Assembly: GCF_011386835.1 (NCBI RefSeq) | Contig: NC_088807.1 | Coordinates: 21,576,001 to 21,640,000 of the forward strand | Length of the DNA stretch: 64,000 bases | Origin: Chrysemys picta bellii | Taxonomy: Eukaryota | Reading direction: 5' to 3' | Shown: positions 45,201 through 59,249 of the stretch, piece after piece | Position numbering within the stretch: position 1 is the stretch's first letter | Layout: each line of letters begins with the position of its first letter | The notes under the pieces: model-generated | Told to the model about the DNA's origin: nothing | What the model saw: only the letters and a program-made list of their open reading frames with translations | The model's database searches: none | Program-made: the position numbers and the translations under genes

Positions 45201-48111
45201 CTGGATAACCTAGAATCTGATTTTCCAATCCACCCGATCCCCACAGTCCGGGAATGTGTCACACCCAGTTGGGAGACAAGCATGTCCCCTACCTGTCTTG
45301 GGCATCTGCTGGTTGGGAGTCGGGAGCGAGACCTCAGAGAGTGGCAGGATGTAGACATCTGGGATGGACTGGGACGATGAGGTCTCCTCGGCAGGTGGCG
45401 TGTATTCCCCTGAATACTCCTCCCCATCTGGGTTCTCGAACTCCTGCAGGGCGCAGACGGACAGGGATGCATGAGGACCTGGGATATCCATTCTAGGGTC
45501 TATGTCTCTCTAGGCATATGGCCTGGGAACCACAAATCCAAACACCCAGCTGTGCTCCTCCCCAGCCGCCTCTCACCTTGAAGCCGACATCGCCCCGTTT
45601 ACAGCACAGGCAGGTGAGGAGGAGGAAGATGAAGGCCAGGAGACCCGAACAGGAGATCAAGACCACGGCATACGGGGGGGCAAGAGGGAACCGGCCTTGG
45701 GACAGACCATCTAGGGGAGAGAGAAATGAGAGTAAGAACCCGCCCAGCACGGAGATGCAGCCTCTCTGGGGCAGGGCATGGGGGTTGGTTATATAGGGAT
45801 CCCTTGTGTGGTGCTGAGATGACTGTCTTGATTGAGCTCTGTGAGGAAAACCCCATCGGAACAGCGACCAGTTCTGGGCATTATAGGGCAAATAACGCCC
45901 AGCCCCAATTGAAATGGTAATTCGTGGCAAATGCACGATTTGGGGACTCCTCTGAATTCACCCATCAGGAACTGGGCCAAGACCCCTCCCCAAATCACTG
46001 AGTAGGAATTGAGCTTTGACCCCCAACTGCCCCACTAGTAACCAGGCCGAGAGACTGCCTGCAACTCACCCACCGGGCATCAAGCCGACAGCTGTTGCAC
46101 CCCATTACCTCTCCTGAAACTTGGCCCAGAACCGCCCCCAAACATCTGCTCCGAGGACTGGACCCACACCGTCCCCTCAACCAACTTGCTGGGAACCAGA
46201 CCCAAGCCCCACAAACTCTAGTCATCCCAGGGCTCCATGGATCAGTGGTCCAACAGGCCCAGCCACCAGAAACGTGGACCTCTTCCCTCCCCCTAAAACC
46301 ATAGCGCCCCTCCCCAGCGCCCCAACACCCCATCCCCCACCCTCCTGCAGTCACACAACACATGTCACTAGCCCGGGACTGACTAATCCGCTGTGTGGAG
46401 GGGATGGGCCCGGCCACCTAAGGAGAGAAACTTACAACCCAGCTGTGGGGGAGGAAAACCCCCATCCCAACCCAACTACCCAAACGACACTCGAAGTGAC
46501 GGGGTTGGTTTCGGCAGAAGGGAAGGGCGCACAAACAGGTGGTGCCCCATGGAGGGGTGGAAAGCAGGTGGAATAGAGCTAAGGAAGGAGAAATGGGACA
46601 CAGCATGGAGGGAGCGAAGGAAGGGATGGAGGAAGAAGGGGACGGCGGAGGGAGGGAGCAAAGGAAGGGATGAAGGAGGAAGGGGACGGCGGAGGGATGA
46701 AATGAAGGAAGGGATGGAGGAGGAAGGGGACGGCGGAGGGAGTGAAGGAAGGGATGAAGGAGTAAGGGGATGGCGGAGGGAGGGAGCGAAGGAAGGGATG
46801 AAGGAGGAAGGGGATGGCGGAGGAAGGGAGCGAAGGAAGGGATGAAGGAGGAAGGGGACGGTGGATGGAGGGAATGAAGGAAGGGATGGAGGAGGAAGGG
46901 GACGGCAGAGGAAGGGAGCGAAGGAAGGGATGAAGGAGGAAGGGGACGGCGGAGGGAGGGAGCGAAGGAAGGGATGAAAGAGGAAGGGGACAGTGGAGGG
47001 AGGGAACGAAGGAAGGGATGAAGGAAGTACGGCGGATGGAGGGAGCGAAGGAAGGGATGAAGGAGGAAGGGGACGGCGGAGGGAGGGAGCGAAGGAAGGG
47101 ATGAAGGAGGAAGGGGACGGCGGAGGGAGGGAGCGAAGGAAGGGATGAAGGAGGAAGGGGACAGTGGAGGGAGGGAACGAAGGAAGGGATGAAGGAAGTA
47201 CGGCGGATGGAGGGAGCGAAGGAAGGGATGAAGGAGGAAGGGGACGGCGGAGGGAGGGAGCGAAGGAAGGGATGAAGGAGGAAGGGGACAGTGGAGGGAG
47301 GGAATGAAGGAAGGGATGGAGGAAGTATGGCGGATGGAGGGAGCGAAGGAAGGGATGGAGGAGGAAGGGGACGGCGGAGATAGGGAGTGAAGGAAGGGAT
47401 GAAGGAAGAAGGGGACGGTGGAGGGAGGAAGCGAAGGAAGGGATGAAGGAGGAAGGGGATGGTGGAGGGAGGGAATGAAGGAAGGGATGGAGGAAGTATG
47501 GCGGATGAAGGGAGCGAAGGAAGGGATGGAGGAGGAAGGGGACAGCGGATGGAGGGAGCAAAGGAAGGGATGAAGGAAGAAGGGGACAGCGAAGAGAGGA
47601 GAGAGCGAAGGAAGGGATGAAGGAGGAAGGGGACGGTGGAGATAGGGAGCGAAGGAAGGGATGAAGGAAGAAGGGGACAGCGGAGGGAGGGAGCGAAGGA
47701 AGGGATGAAGGAAGAAGGGGACAGCGGAGAGAGGGATGAAGGAGGAAGGGGACAGAGGATGGAGGAAAGGGACGGTCAGGGATGGAGAAAGAAGGGGATG
47801 GCTGAGAGAGGGAGCGAAGGAAGAGATGAAAGAGGAATGAAAAGCAGGTTAGAGCGAAGGAAGGGATTGTGGAGGAACGGTAAGCCGGTTACAGTGACGG
47901 AAGGGATGAAGGAAGCAGAGGAGGGATGGAGAGGTGGAAGGATCGGAGGGGGGGATCCGCCAGGGGACCTGTCCCCTCCACGTGCCCAGACTCCAGAGAG
48001 GCCGTCCAGGCCCGGGTGCTCACCGTTCTCCAGCGGCGCTGCTAACGCTCTGTCCGGGTTGAAATACGACATCGAGGCGGCCAGCAGGACGACGGGCCCC
48101 TGCCTTAGCAT
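34264..48111 (-). CDS. LMTK3: Lemur tyrosine kinase 3 (serine/threonine kinase), 1422 aa, 15 coding exons
   Basis: Exons are 48111-48024, 45710-45577, 45443-45293, 43850-43774, 43304-43186, 42432-42345, 41862-41714, 41385-41301, 41059-40938, 40579-40430, 39343-36927, 36204-35882, 35419-35305, 34958-34725 and 34280-34264. The total is 4269 nt with the frame intact. LMTK3-specific peptides include [143 protein letters not shown] and terminal PIEN* (human PVEN*). Confidence 0.97.
34335..34695 (+). repeat. 51-bp minisatellite, about seven copies, in the last LMTK3 intron
   Basis: Unit cccatgggcccatctaccctggtatcctgcctcctccctgcccccagatca. Confidence 0.9.
35618..35790 (-). other. Two degenerate duplicates of the 3' end of LMTK3 exon 12 including the splice donor
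   Basis: Copy 2 reads [19 protein letters not shown]|GTGAGG (ends 35727). Copy 3 reads [20 protein letters not shown]|GTGAGG (ends 35618). The original is [19 protein letters not shown]|GTGAGG (ends 35882). Confidence 0.9.
39370..40215 (+). repeat. Purine-rich degenerate repeat (gagacagaagaacagtcagaaa) in LMTK3 intron 10
   Basis: A/G-dominated recurring motif; source of hydrophobic and basic pseudo-ORFs. Confidence 0.8.
44060..45190 (+). repeat. Old degenerate ~33-45-bp tandem repeat with core (T/G)ACTAGTCTAGAACC in LMTK3 intron 3
   Basis: About 20 recurring tagtctagaac/tagcctagaac cores; most regular at 44920-45190. Confidence 0.7.
46600..47900 (+). repeat. ~44-bp polypurine minisatellite (ggaaggggacggcggagggagggagcgaaggaagggatgaagga) in LMTK3 intron 1
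   Basis: About 25-30 copies, nearly all purines on the + strand. Confidence 0.92.
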
Positions 48112-48900
48112 TGTCGGGGCTCGACGGGCATCGATCGGCGGGGGCCACCGGCGGGGAGACGGCCTAGGTCCGGGGGGGGAGCAGGGGGGACCCGGGGGAG
48201 GGAAGCCAGGCACGGGCCACGCCACCTGAAACGGGGCAGGTGCGCGGGACAGGGGGGGCACACCCGGTGGCTTTCACGCATCCGAAGGGGCGAGGGGGAC
48301 CCGGGCCGGAGGGCACCCCGGCTTCGCATCGCCGGGAAGATGGGCCGGCCTGGCCTCGGCTGCTACCTGCTTTTCATCCCGAAGCATCTTCCTTCCTTCC
48401 TCCGCCTCAGGGCCCCAAGGGGAAGGAGGGAAGGGGCCAATCCGCCCAGCAGAGGGCTGGCAGGGGCCAAGCAGGAGAACGGATCAGACGCGGGTTATGC
48501 CCATGCCAACAATAGACGGGGGGAGGAGGAGAATTGGGGAGGGTGGGATGCAGGGTGGAAAGGAAGACTGGGGGGGGAGATCCGGGCAGACGTCTGGGTT
48601 TCCCCCCCACTTTGCCAGGGGTGGGGGGGGGCGGGGAAGTGGAAGGGGGGGAAGGGGAGAAGAAAAGGAGGATCAAATCCAATGGGAGGCTGGCTGGTTT
48701 CGGCATCCGCCTGGCTGGGGAGCTCGGCTGCTGGAATTGATGGAGACAAGACCCACCCCCTCGGACAGACACCCCCCCGCCCTGCCGCCGGGCTCGCCAA
48801 TTGGGCCCGGGAGCTGTCCGTCAGGGCCAGAAGCCCAAAGAAAGGAGAGAGGAAGGGAGAGGGGGAGGGCGGAGAGATGCAGGAGATGGAGGGGGGGAGC

Positions 48901-48914
48901 GTCTCCATGGTTAC
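48901..48914 (-). promoter_or_regulatory. RFX X-box-like element GTAACCATGGAGAC upstream of LMTK3
   Basis: Matches GTNRCCATGG-half-site pattern ~800 bp upstream of the ATG; it also overlaps a possible donor (GAAG|GTAACC). Confidence 0.3.
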
Positions 48915-49099
48915 CTTCTCCCTGGTACCAGCCTCAACAGCAGTAGGGCACTGTGGGAGAGGGATGGGGAGGGAGGGTGTGTGTGTGTGTGTGGGGATTT
49001 TGGGGAGAGGGTGGAGTTTGGGGGTGCAGGGTGTGGGGGGAGCTGCCAGGGGATTCCCCAAGCCAAGGTGGGGAAAAAGGGCTGGGTAGAGGTGTCATG

Positions 49100-50677
49100 C
49101 GCAAACACGCACAGTGTCACATACACAATGGGACACACACACACACACAAACGGCTCGCACACACCCTGACAGTGTCACATACACACACGGCTCGCATAC
49201 ATCCTGACTATCACACACACAGCTTGCACACACCCTGACGGTGTCACATAAACACACAGCTCGCACACACACTGTCACACACACAGCTCATACGCACACT
49301 GACTGTCACATACCCACATGGCTCGCACACACCCTGACAGTGTCAGATACACACATGGCTTGCACACACACTGTCACACACACAGCTCACACACATACAG
49401 ACTGTCACATACCCACATGGCTCACACACACCCTGACAGTGTCAGGTACACACATGGCTCATACACACACTGACAGTTTCATACACACACACACGGCTTG
49501 CACATACACTGACAGTGTCACACACACATGGCTGGCACACACACAGCTCATACATACCCTGTCACACACACACACACACACACACGACTTGCACACATAC
49601 TGACTGTCACACATATGCGGCTCACACACACACTGACAGTGTCACACACACACAAAGCTTGCACATATACTGACTGTCACACATACACACGCAGCTCATA
49701 CACACACTGACAGTGTCACACACCCGGCTTGTACACATCCCGACAGTGTCACATACACACACAGCTCATACAATGAGAGTGTCACACACACAGCTCATAC
49801 ACACCCTGACAGTGTCACATACACGGCTCATACACTAACTGAGTGTTACGCACACTTGGCTCATACATACACAGAGTGTCACATACGCAGCTCATACACA
49901 CACTGACACTCTCACACGTAGACATGTCCATGTGATGTCTCCTATACACACAGAGCATCACACACAAAGACTGTCTCCTGCACACAGAATGTCACAACAC
50001 CGTGTCTCCTACACACTCACAATGGCTCCCACACAAACCCATGCTGCCACATGTGCCCGTGAGGTCTCACACACAGTGTATCACATACACACGTCTCACA
50101 CACAGGAATACAGTGAGGTGTGTGTGTACGTCACAAAAACACATATTTATTGTTTTTGTTGCAGTCTTGTCCAGCGGCCCCAGGCAGGGACCAGACCCCA
50201 TCGTGCGGGGTGCTGTATAGCTCCATAGACCGAAATGCCGGCATGTGCCCTAAAGAAATTACAACCTAAGTACACAATTATACACAATGCCATGTGCACA
50301 GACACACACAGTGTCACAGACATCCTCAGTTTCCCACACACACAGTTTCATACACAGTAGCATGTACCCAGACACACAATATCATGCAAACACAGCCACA
50401 CACAGTATCGCGTACCTGGACACACACACATTGTCACACACGGACACACAGTCACACACACAACACATACACACTCACACAAAGACACAGTCTCACATAC
50501 CCAGGCGCACACAGTGTCACACAAACACAGTTACACACACAATGTCACACATGGACACACACACAAAGGCACTGTCACACACACAGTCACACACAGAATC
50601 TCACAAATCCAGACTCACAGTTCCTCATGCACACACACAGCGTCACATGCAGTCACAGAGTTTCACATACCTGGACA

Positions 50678-50711
<34 letters not shown>

Positions 50712-51156
50712 GTCATGCACACAGTGTCATACATAGACACACACAGGTATTGTCACACATACCCAGACACAGTCTCTCTCTCCTTCACACACACACACAC
50801 AGTCACATGTGCACACAGTGTCACACAAACATAATCAGTCACACACAGTCACACTGTCATAGTGTCACACACACACAGTTTCACATACCCAGACACAATC
50901 TCTCTCTCTCTCTCTCTCACACACACAGTTACACACACACGCAAAGTTTCACATACCCAGATATAGTCTCTCTCTCTTTCACACACACACCCAGTCTAAC
51001 ACACACACACACGCACCGAATCACATGTGCAGTGTCACACAAACATAATTAATCACACACACGCAGTTTCACATACCCAGTCTCTCTCTCACACACACAC
51101 ACGTGAAGTTTCACATACCCAGACACACAGTCTCGCTTTCTCACACACACCCAGTC

Positions 51157-51213
<57 letters not shown>

Positions 51214-51260
51214 GTCACACACAGTGTCATACCCACAAACACACACACAGTATATCACAC
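49100..51260 (+). repeat. (CA)n-rich low-complexity tract (cacacac/tgtcacac)
   Basis: Direct inspection; His/Thr pseudo-ORFs. Confidence 0.9.
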
Positions 51261-51711
51261 TAGCTAACGGAGAGGCCTCCAAATGCCCCTGAAAACAGGC
51301 ACCCTTCTCAAGCGGGTGTGTTTCTGGGATGGGGGTTGGGGGCACCAGGTTCGGGTTCTTGGCCATTTTTATTATCAATGACCCGGGAGCAAACAGAGCA
51401 CCCCGCGCCGATAACACTAACGACCCGCTGATGGGGGCTGCGGTAAATTGAGACAGAGCGACCAGGCTCGCTGGGGGCAAAGTCCTCCACCCAGGAGCAA
51501 GGAACCAAGGCCCGTGCTTTTGGGCTGGGTGGGGGCTCGGTGCCAGGACGTGGCGTCCGGAAAAGATCTGGGGTCGTGTTGGAGAATCAGCTGACCACAC
51601 GGGCACTACGGCCCAAAGGGGTAAGGCCAGATCTCAAAGAGTTTATTTCACCTCTAGGTTTGGCCTTGGTGCGACCGCGGCTGGACCGCAAGGAGGACAG
51701 TGCTCAATCGA

Positions 51712-51960
51712 TAGGGCCCTACCAAATTCACCACCGTGAAAAACGTGGCACGGACCGTGAACTCTGGTCTCCCCCGTGAAATCTGTATATTGCCCTATGC
51801 TATACAGATTTCATGGGGGAGACCAACATTTCTCCAACTGCGGGGCCTGAGTCAAAAAGGGGTCATGGGGGGATCACAAGGTTGGGGGTCGCGGTATTGC
51901 CACCCTTACTTCTGCGCTGCCTTCAGAGCTGGGCGGCCGGACAGCGGCGGCTTAGTGCAA
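51712..51960 (+). mobile_element. Probable non-autonomous DNA-transposon (hAT-like) fragment
   Basis: tagggccctaccaaattcaccaccgtgaaaaacgtggcacggaccgtgaa... with repeated ccgtgaa subterminal motifs resembles turtle hAT-type ends (from memory). Confidence 0.45.
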
Positions 51961-52559
51961 CAAAAAGACGGTGAAGGGGGGGACTTTATTTAATCTGAAC
52001 CAGGCAAGGGCGGAGTCCCAGGCCAGTAGTCACTGTGGTGGGGGGCGCAGGTTGTGTCGGATGCAGTGGAAACCCCCTCCCACCCCACACAGGGAACCAG
52101 CGCCGAATTTGAGCAGAAACCTCTCGTCCACCAGCACCCCTATGCTGGGATCCCCCCTCACCCCACAGTCCCCCCCCACGCTGGGATCCTGATCCCCTTA
52201 CAGCCCCCCCCCCCCCGCTGGGATCCACCCACCCCTCCATCCCACAGCCTTCCCTGACGGGATCCTCCCCTCCCAGCCCCCTCCCCCCCGCTGGGATCCC
52301 CCTCCACCCCACAGCCCTCCTCCCCTCCACAGCTCCCCTCTGCTAGGGTCCCACTTTGCCCCCCTGGCCCCTATCACAGCCCCCCCCCCCATGATGTTGC
52401 GAGGGTAGCACAGAACCTGCAGCCCCACTGCTCAGCCCCTCAGGGTGCCACCCCAGGGGATCGCTGAGCTGAGACACCCCGGGGAGCTGAATTGGAGAGA
52501 TGGGGAGCGGCGGGGGTGGGGGGGAGGGAGATGAGAGGAATGTGATGTCATCATTGTCA

Positions 52560-53180
52560 CAGACAGACTCGCGCACACACACAGTCTAGACACACACATC
52601 CCCAACCACAAAGAGACACACAACCCCAACCACACAGACACCCACCCCAACCACACACACATCCCCAACCAACTACACAGACACACAACCCCAAACACAC
52701 AGACACACAGACAAGCCCAAACACACAGATATAACCCCAAACACACAGAAATATAGAAACAACCCCAAACACAGACACATACAACCCCAAACACAAAGAT
52801 ACAGATACAACCCCACACAGACACATTCACACACACATACAATCCCAAACACACACACACCAACTCATAATCCCAAACACCCAGACACACACAACCCCAC
52901 ATACTCATGTACACATGCACAACCAAAACACACACACACACGTGTATGCATGGACCTACACCCCAAATACACACCCAGAGACACACCCAAACACACACAG
53001 ATGCACCCCGCAGACCCGAGCGCACACAGTCACAGAGATGCCCACACACAGAGCCACAAACATTCCCACACATGTAGGAGACACACAACCCCCCCCCCCT
53101 CACCCCAGGTGCACATGAAGAAAACAGCTGCCACAAACAAACATCCCCCAACATACATAGACACTCCTCCACACTGACTG
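52560..53180 (+). repeat. CA-rich low-complexity tract (acaaccccaaacacacag)
   Basis: Direct inspection. Confidence 0.8.
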
Positions 53181-54779
53181 CCCACAGACAAATACCACCT
53201 GCTACTGCCTGTCTGCATCTCACTCCACTCCTGGCTCTGGGAGGGGAGTGGGGTCTAGTGGTTAGAGCAGGGGAGCTGGGAGCCAGGATTCCTGGGTTCT
53301 CTCCCCAGCTCTGGGAGGGGAGTGGGGTCTAGTGGTTAGAGCAGGGTGCTTGGAGCCAGGACTCATGGGTTCTCTCCCTGGCTCTGGGAGGGGAGGGGTG
53401 TCTAGTGGTTAGAGCGGGGAGGCTGGGAGTTCAGCACAGTCGGCATCTCACACAAACACCAGGTTAGGAGAAAAACACCCAATAAATCAACAGCTTAATT
53501 CTCCGCCATTTGCGGCGGCTGGGCACTTTACGGCTTCCCCTGTGAAAGTGTCCAATGAAAAGGGAGATTTACTGGCTACCGGCTCAGCCTGGACTGCCAG
53601 CCATGGGCTGTGTCTGGGATGGGGGAGCAGGCCAAGGGGAACAGGCCAGACCTCAAAGGGCCACAGACGCATGGCCTTTCAGACTAGTCACCCCTGACTG
53701 CACTGGGGGCAGGGCTGGGTTCTGAACTCAGCCCCCTGGGGTCAATCCAGAGTCACCCCTCATTTCAATGGGGGCAGGGCTGGGTTCTGATCTCAGCTAG
53801 ACCAGTATAAAGTCCACGCAATCAGACTCAGGCCTGGGGCGGAGGATTCGTTAACATTATTCTCTCCACTCCGGTTCCGCTGTCCATTTCCATTGAGATG
53901 GTCCCTCTCTCTCCACCTTTCTGCTGCCTTTTTCCTCCTGCTTTTTTTTCCTCCTAAACTTCTCTAAGACAGACACAAACCCTGCGAAAGGTTTGGCGTG
54001 AGATGGGGGGGTGGGAGGGATCCGGTGTTTGCAACCCCTCTCTGCCTTTTATCATACACTCAATGGCTTCCAACGTTTTCTTTGGAAGTTGATCTCAATC
54101 CCACCCCAAGGGTGGCCGTGCCAGGGTCCCCACCACACACTGGGCATCTCGCACGTGATGCCAGGCGCCCTGGCCTCCCACCGGCTGCGGCTTGTAGTGG
54201 ATGGAGCACGTCTACGATCTACAGCCCATGGTCAGTGGCAATTAAAATAAACCAGCCCGGACTCATCCCATCCCTGGTACTGCTCCATCGACTCCACTTC
54301 ACTTCCTGCAGGGATCAGACTGCCCCGCGTGCGCCGAGCACCAATTAATTCAACCAAGGTCCCCATGCAATGCCCACCGAAATCAGCGGGTAAACGCCCA
54401 TTGATGGGTCAGTTCTCCAGCTGGTGACTTCTCTGGAGCTAGGCCGATTTACCCCAGCCGGGGACCTGGTCGCGCTCTGGTTTGCGAGGTCTCACCCTGC
54501 TCCCACTGAATTCAAGAGCAAAACTCCTGTGGGTTTCATGGGAAGCAGGACTAGCTCCAGTCTGGGGAGAGACGCATGGGCCATACAGAGGCTGCATTAT
54601 CTAGGGAATCGTTTCCCAAACAAGGGCGGGTCGCAGGGAGATTCTAGATGGGTTGCCTCAGTGAAAAGTCGGGGAAGCGCTGCTCCGCTGGCCAGGGAAC
54701 TGGCTTGGGATAGGAGTCATGGGATCTATTCCCTGCTCTTGCCTCTGTTTCCCCCGGCACAACAGGGCAGGGATCTCAG

Positions 54780-54980
54780 CTGGACAGGGCCTGTCTCTCG
54801 CTGTGTCTATGCCAGCGCCTGGCACAATTGGCCCCTGATCTCCGCTGGGCAGGGCCTGTCTCTCACTGGGTCTGTGCAGCGCCTGACACGACAGGGCCCT
54901 GATCTCAGCCTGGGCAAGGACTGTCTACATCTTCATCTGTGCAGCGCCTGACGCCGCTATAACACACATAATAGTAACAA
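54780..54980 (+). mobile_element. MIR/CORE-SINE-like 3' end fragments in tandem
   Basis: Repeated cagcgcctg(g/a)cac...ggccc(c)tgatctc followed by a taatagtaacaa tail. Confidence 0.4.
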
Positions 54981-55301
54981 GCAGTATTACTGCAATGCCT
55001 TTTCCGCTGTACTGACTTGTACAAGATCCACATTGTATCCCCCTTCACCCTCAACTACCTGTCTGTCTGTCTGTCTGTGTGTCCTTTGACTGTGACTTCC
55101 CGTCTCTCCTCGACTGTCCGGAAAGGACCTAGCACCGCGCGGGCTTTGTCACTGACACAGAAATATTAGCAATAACAGCCCTGCGAAGCCTGGATCGGAC
55201 CCGGAGGAACGACACACTGGAGCCAGCCCCAGTGGAAACGGCACCTGGAGACTGAAGTTAGGAGGCAAGCAAACAGCAGAGACACCGAGACTGGGCATGT
55301 T

Positions 55302-55502
55302 GGGGAGGGATAGCTCAGTGGTTTGAGCATTGGTCTGCTAAACCCAGGGTTGTGAGTTCAATCCTTGAGGGGGCCACTTAGGGATCTGGGGCAAAAATCA
55401 GTACTTGGTCCTGCTAGTGAAGGCAGGGGGCTGGACTGGATGACCTTTCAAGGTCCCTTCCAGTTCTAGGAGATGGGATATCTCAATTAATTTATTTATT
55501 TA
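55302..55502 (+). mobile_element. tRNA-derived turtle SINE (polIII/Cry-type) with CR1-derived 3' tail
   Basis: 5' tRNA-like head ggggagggatagctcagtggtttgagcattgg...gtgagttcaatcc (A and B boxes), then ggactggatgacctttcaaggtcccttccagttct (CR1 tail) and a (ttta)n end. Confidence 0.88.
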
Positions 55503-55809
55503 TATTGACCTACAGCAATGGACGCTGGGCAGCAAAAGGGGACAGATGTCAGTGTGTGTGTGTGTGTGTGTGTGTGGTGGGGGGGTTGAGTTATCCCCAC
55601 TGTTGATGGCCACGGCCCCTGTGCCAATATAATGGTGCTTCCCCACTGGGATGGGAAGGGGGTTCACCCCCACACAGCAATGGCCGCCACTCCCCCACTG
55701 GGACGGGAAGGGGATTCACCCCCACACAGCGATGGCCGCCCCCAGCCACTCTGCCACGCGCGTCCGACGCTCTAGGCGTCTCTCTCGATGACCCCGGGAG
55801 CGTTCAGTC

Positions 55810-55980
55810 ATTGGCCAGCGGGCGGCGCGAGGCGCCTCCCTTCCATTGGCCAGCGGGACCCGGCGGCGCCCTGCCATTGGCTGAAGCTTCCGAGGGCGGA
55901 GCCTTTCCTGTGCCGTATATAAGGCGGCCCCAGAGTCCCTCGCTCTCTTTTTTTCAACCGCCATCGCTGGGGCAGTTAGG
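55810..55980 (+). promoter_or_regulatory. RPS9: RPS9 promoter and non-coding exon 1: three inverted CCAAT boxes, TATA box, TCT/TOP initiator
   Basis: ATTGG at 55810, 55845 and 55876; TATATAA at 55916-55922; polypyrimidine CTCTCTTTTTTTC at 55943-55955; donor GTGAGG at 55981. Confidence 0.85.
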
Positions 55981-56685
55981 GTGAGGTGAGGGCAGAGCCG
56001 GGCGCGGGCCGGGGATCGAACGGCCGCGGAGGAGGGCGGGGCTGATGGGCGAGCGCGCGGCAGAGGCAGGGCGCGCGGGGCCGGCTCGGGCGCGGGGCTA
56101 TGGGGCTAGGCGGCTTCCCGCGGGCGCGCGCATGCGCAGAGGCGGGCGGCGCGCTAGGGCCTGTGGCGCGTGCGGCCCCTGGGCCTGGCGCGCGCGCCGC
56201 TGCTGCGGGGGGGGCACAGCACGTGGCCCGGGAGCCGCCCCCCCAGCCCCGTGTATTGGGAGGTGGGGTTCGTCTCCCGCCTGCTGCAGCAGGGCCGGGC
56301 GTCGGGCAAGTGCGCCCCCCCCCCCGCTGTGCCTCAGTTTCCCCGTCTGCAAAGCGCCCGGAGAGCTGCGCCCCCGCCCCCCTTCCTGCACCCAGCACCC
56401 GCCCTACACCAATACCCCCCCACCCCAGTGCCCCTGTCGGTTCTGGCCTGGCTGGGGCGCTGAACTCTGCTGCCTGCACGGGCCCGGGCCCTCGCCCCGG
56501 GGGCCTGTCACGCGGCTCAGGCCGCTCTGGGTCGGTGGCACCGCGCAGTGGGTTGGTTGTGTAACTGCTGCGCTCGGTGCTGTACAGACCCACCGCAAAG
56601 ACGGGCCCCTCTGAGTGCTAGTGACTCATAGCTTGTGTGGGCTGATCCCACTGCACCCACCAGGGGCTCCTGGCAGGGGGTGTGA

Positions 56686-59195
<2,510 letters not shown>

Positions 59196-59243
59196 AGGCC
59201 TGGCAGCCCCCCCTGCTGGGCAGCCTGCACTGCTGTATCTCTC

Positions 59244-59249
59244 AATAAA
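59244..59249 (+). terminator. RPS9: RPS9 poly(A) signal AATAAA
   Basis: 49 nt after the stop codon. Confidence 0.85.

Noticed and set aside
46476-47561. 361-aa Pro/Ser/Phe ORF
   Set aside because: Translation of the polypurine minisatellite's complementary strand.
49100-51260. His/Thr-rich ORFs suggesting a metal-binding protein
   Set aside because: (CA)n low-complexity DNA with no splice or codon structure.
55302-55375. tRNA-like sequence
   Set aside because: It continues into a CR1-derived tail and (ttta)n end, so it is the head of a SINE rather than a tRNA gene.
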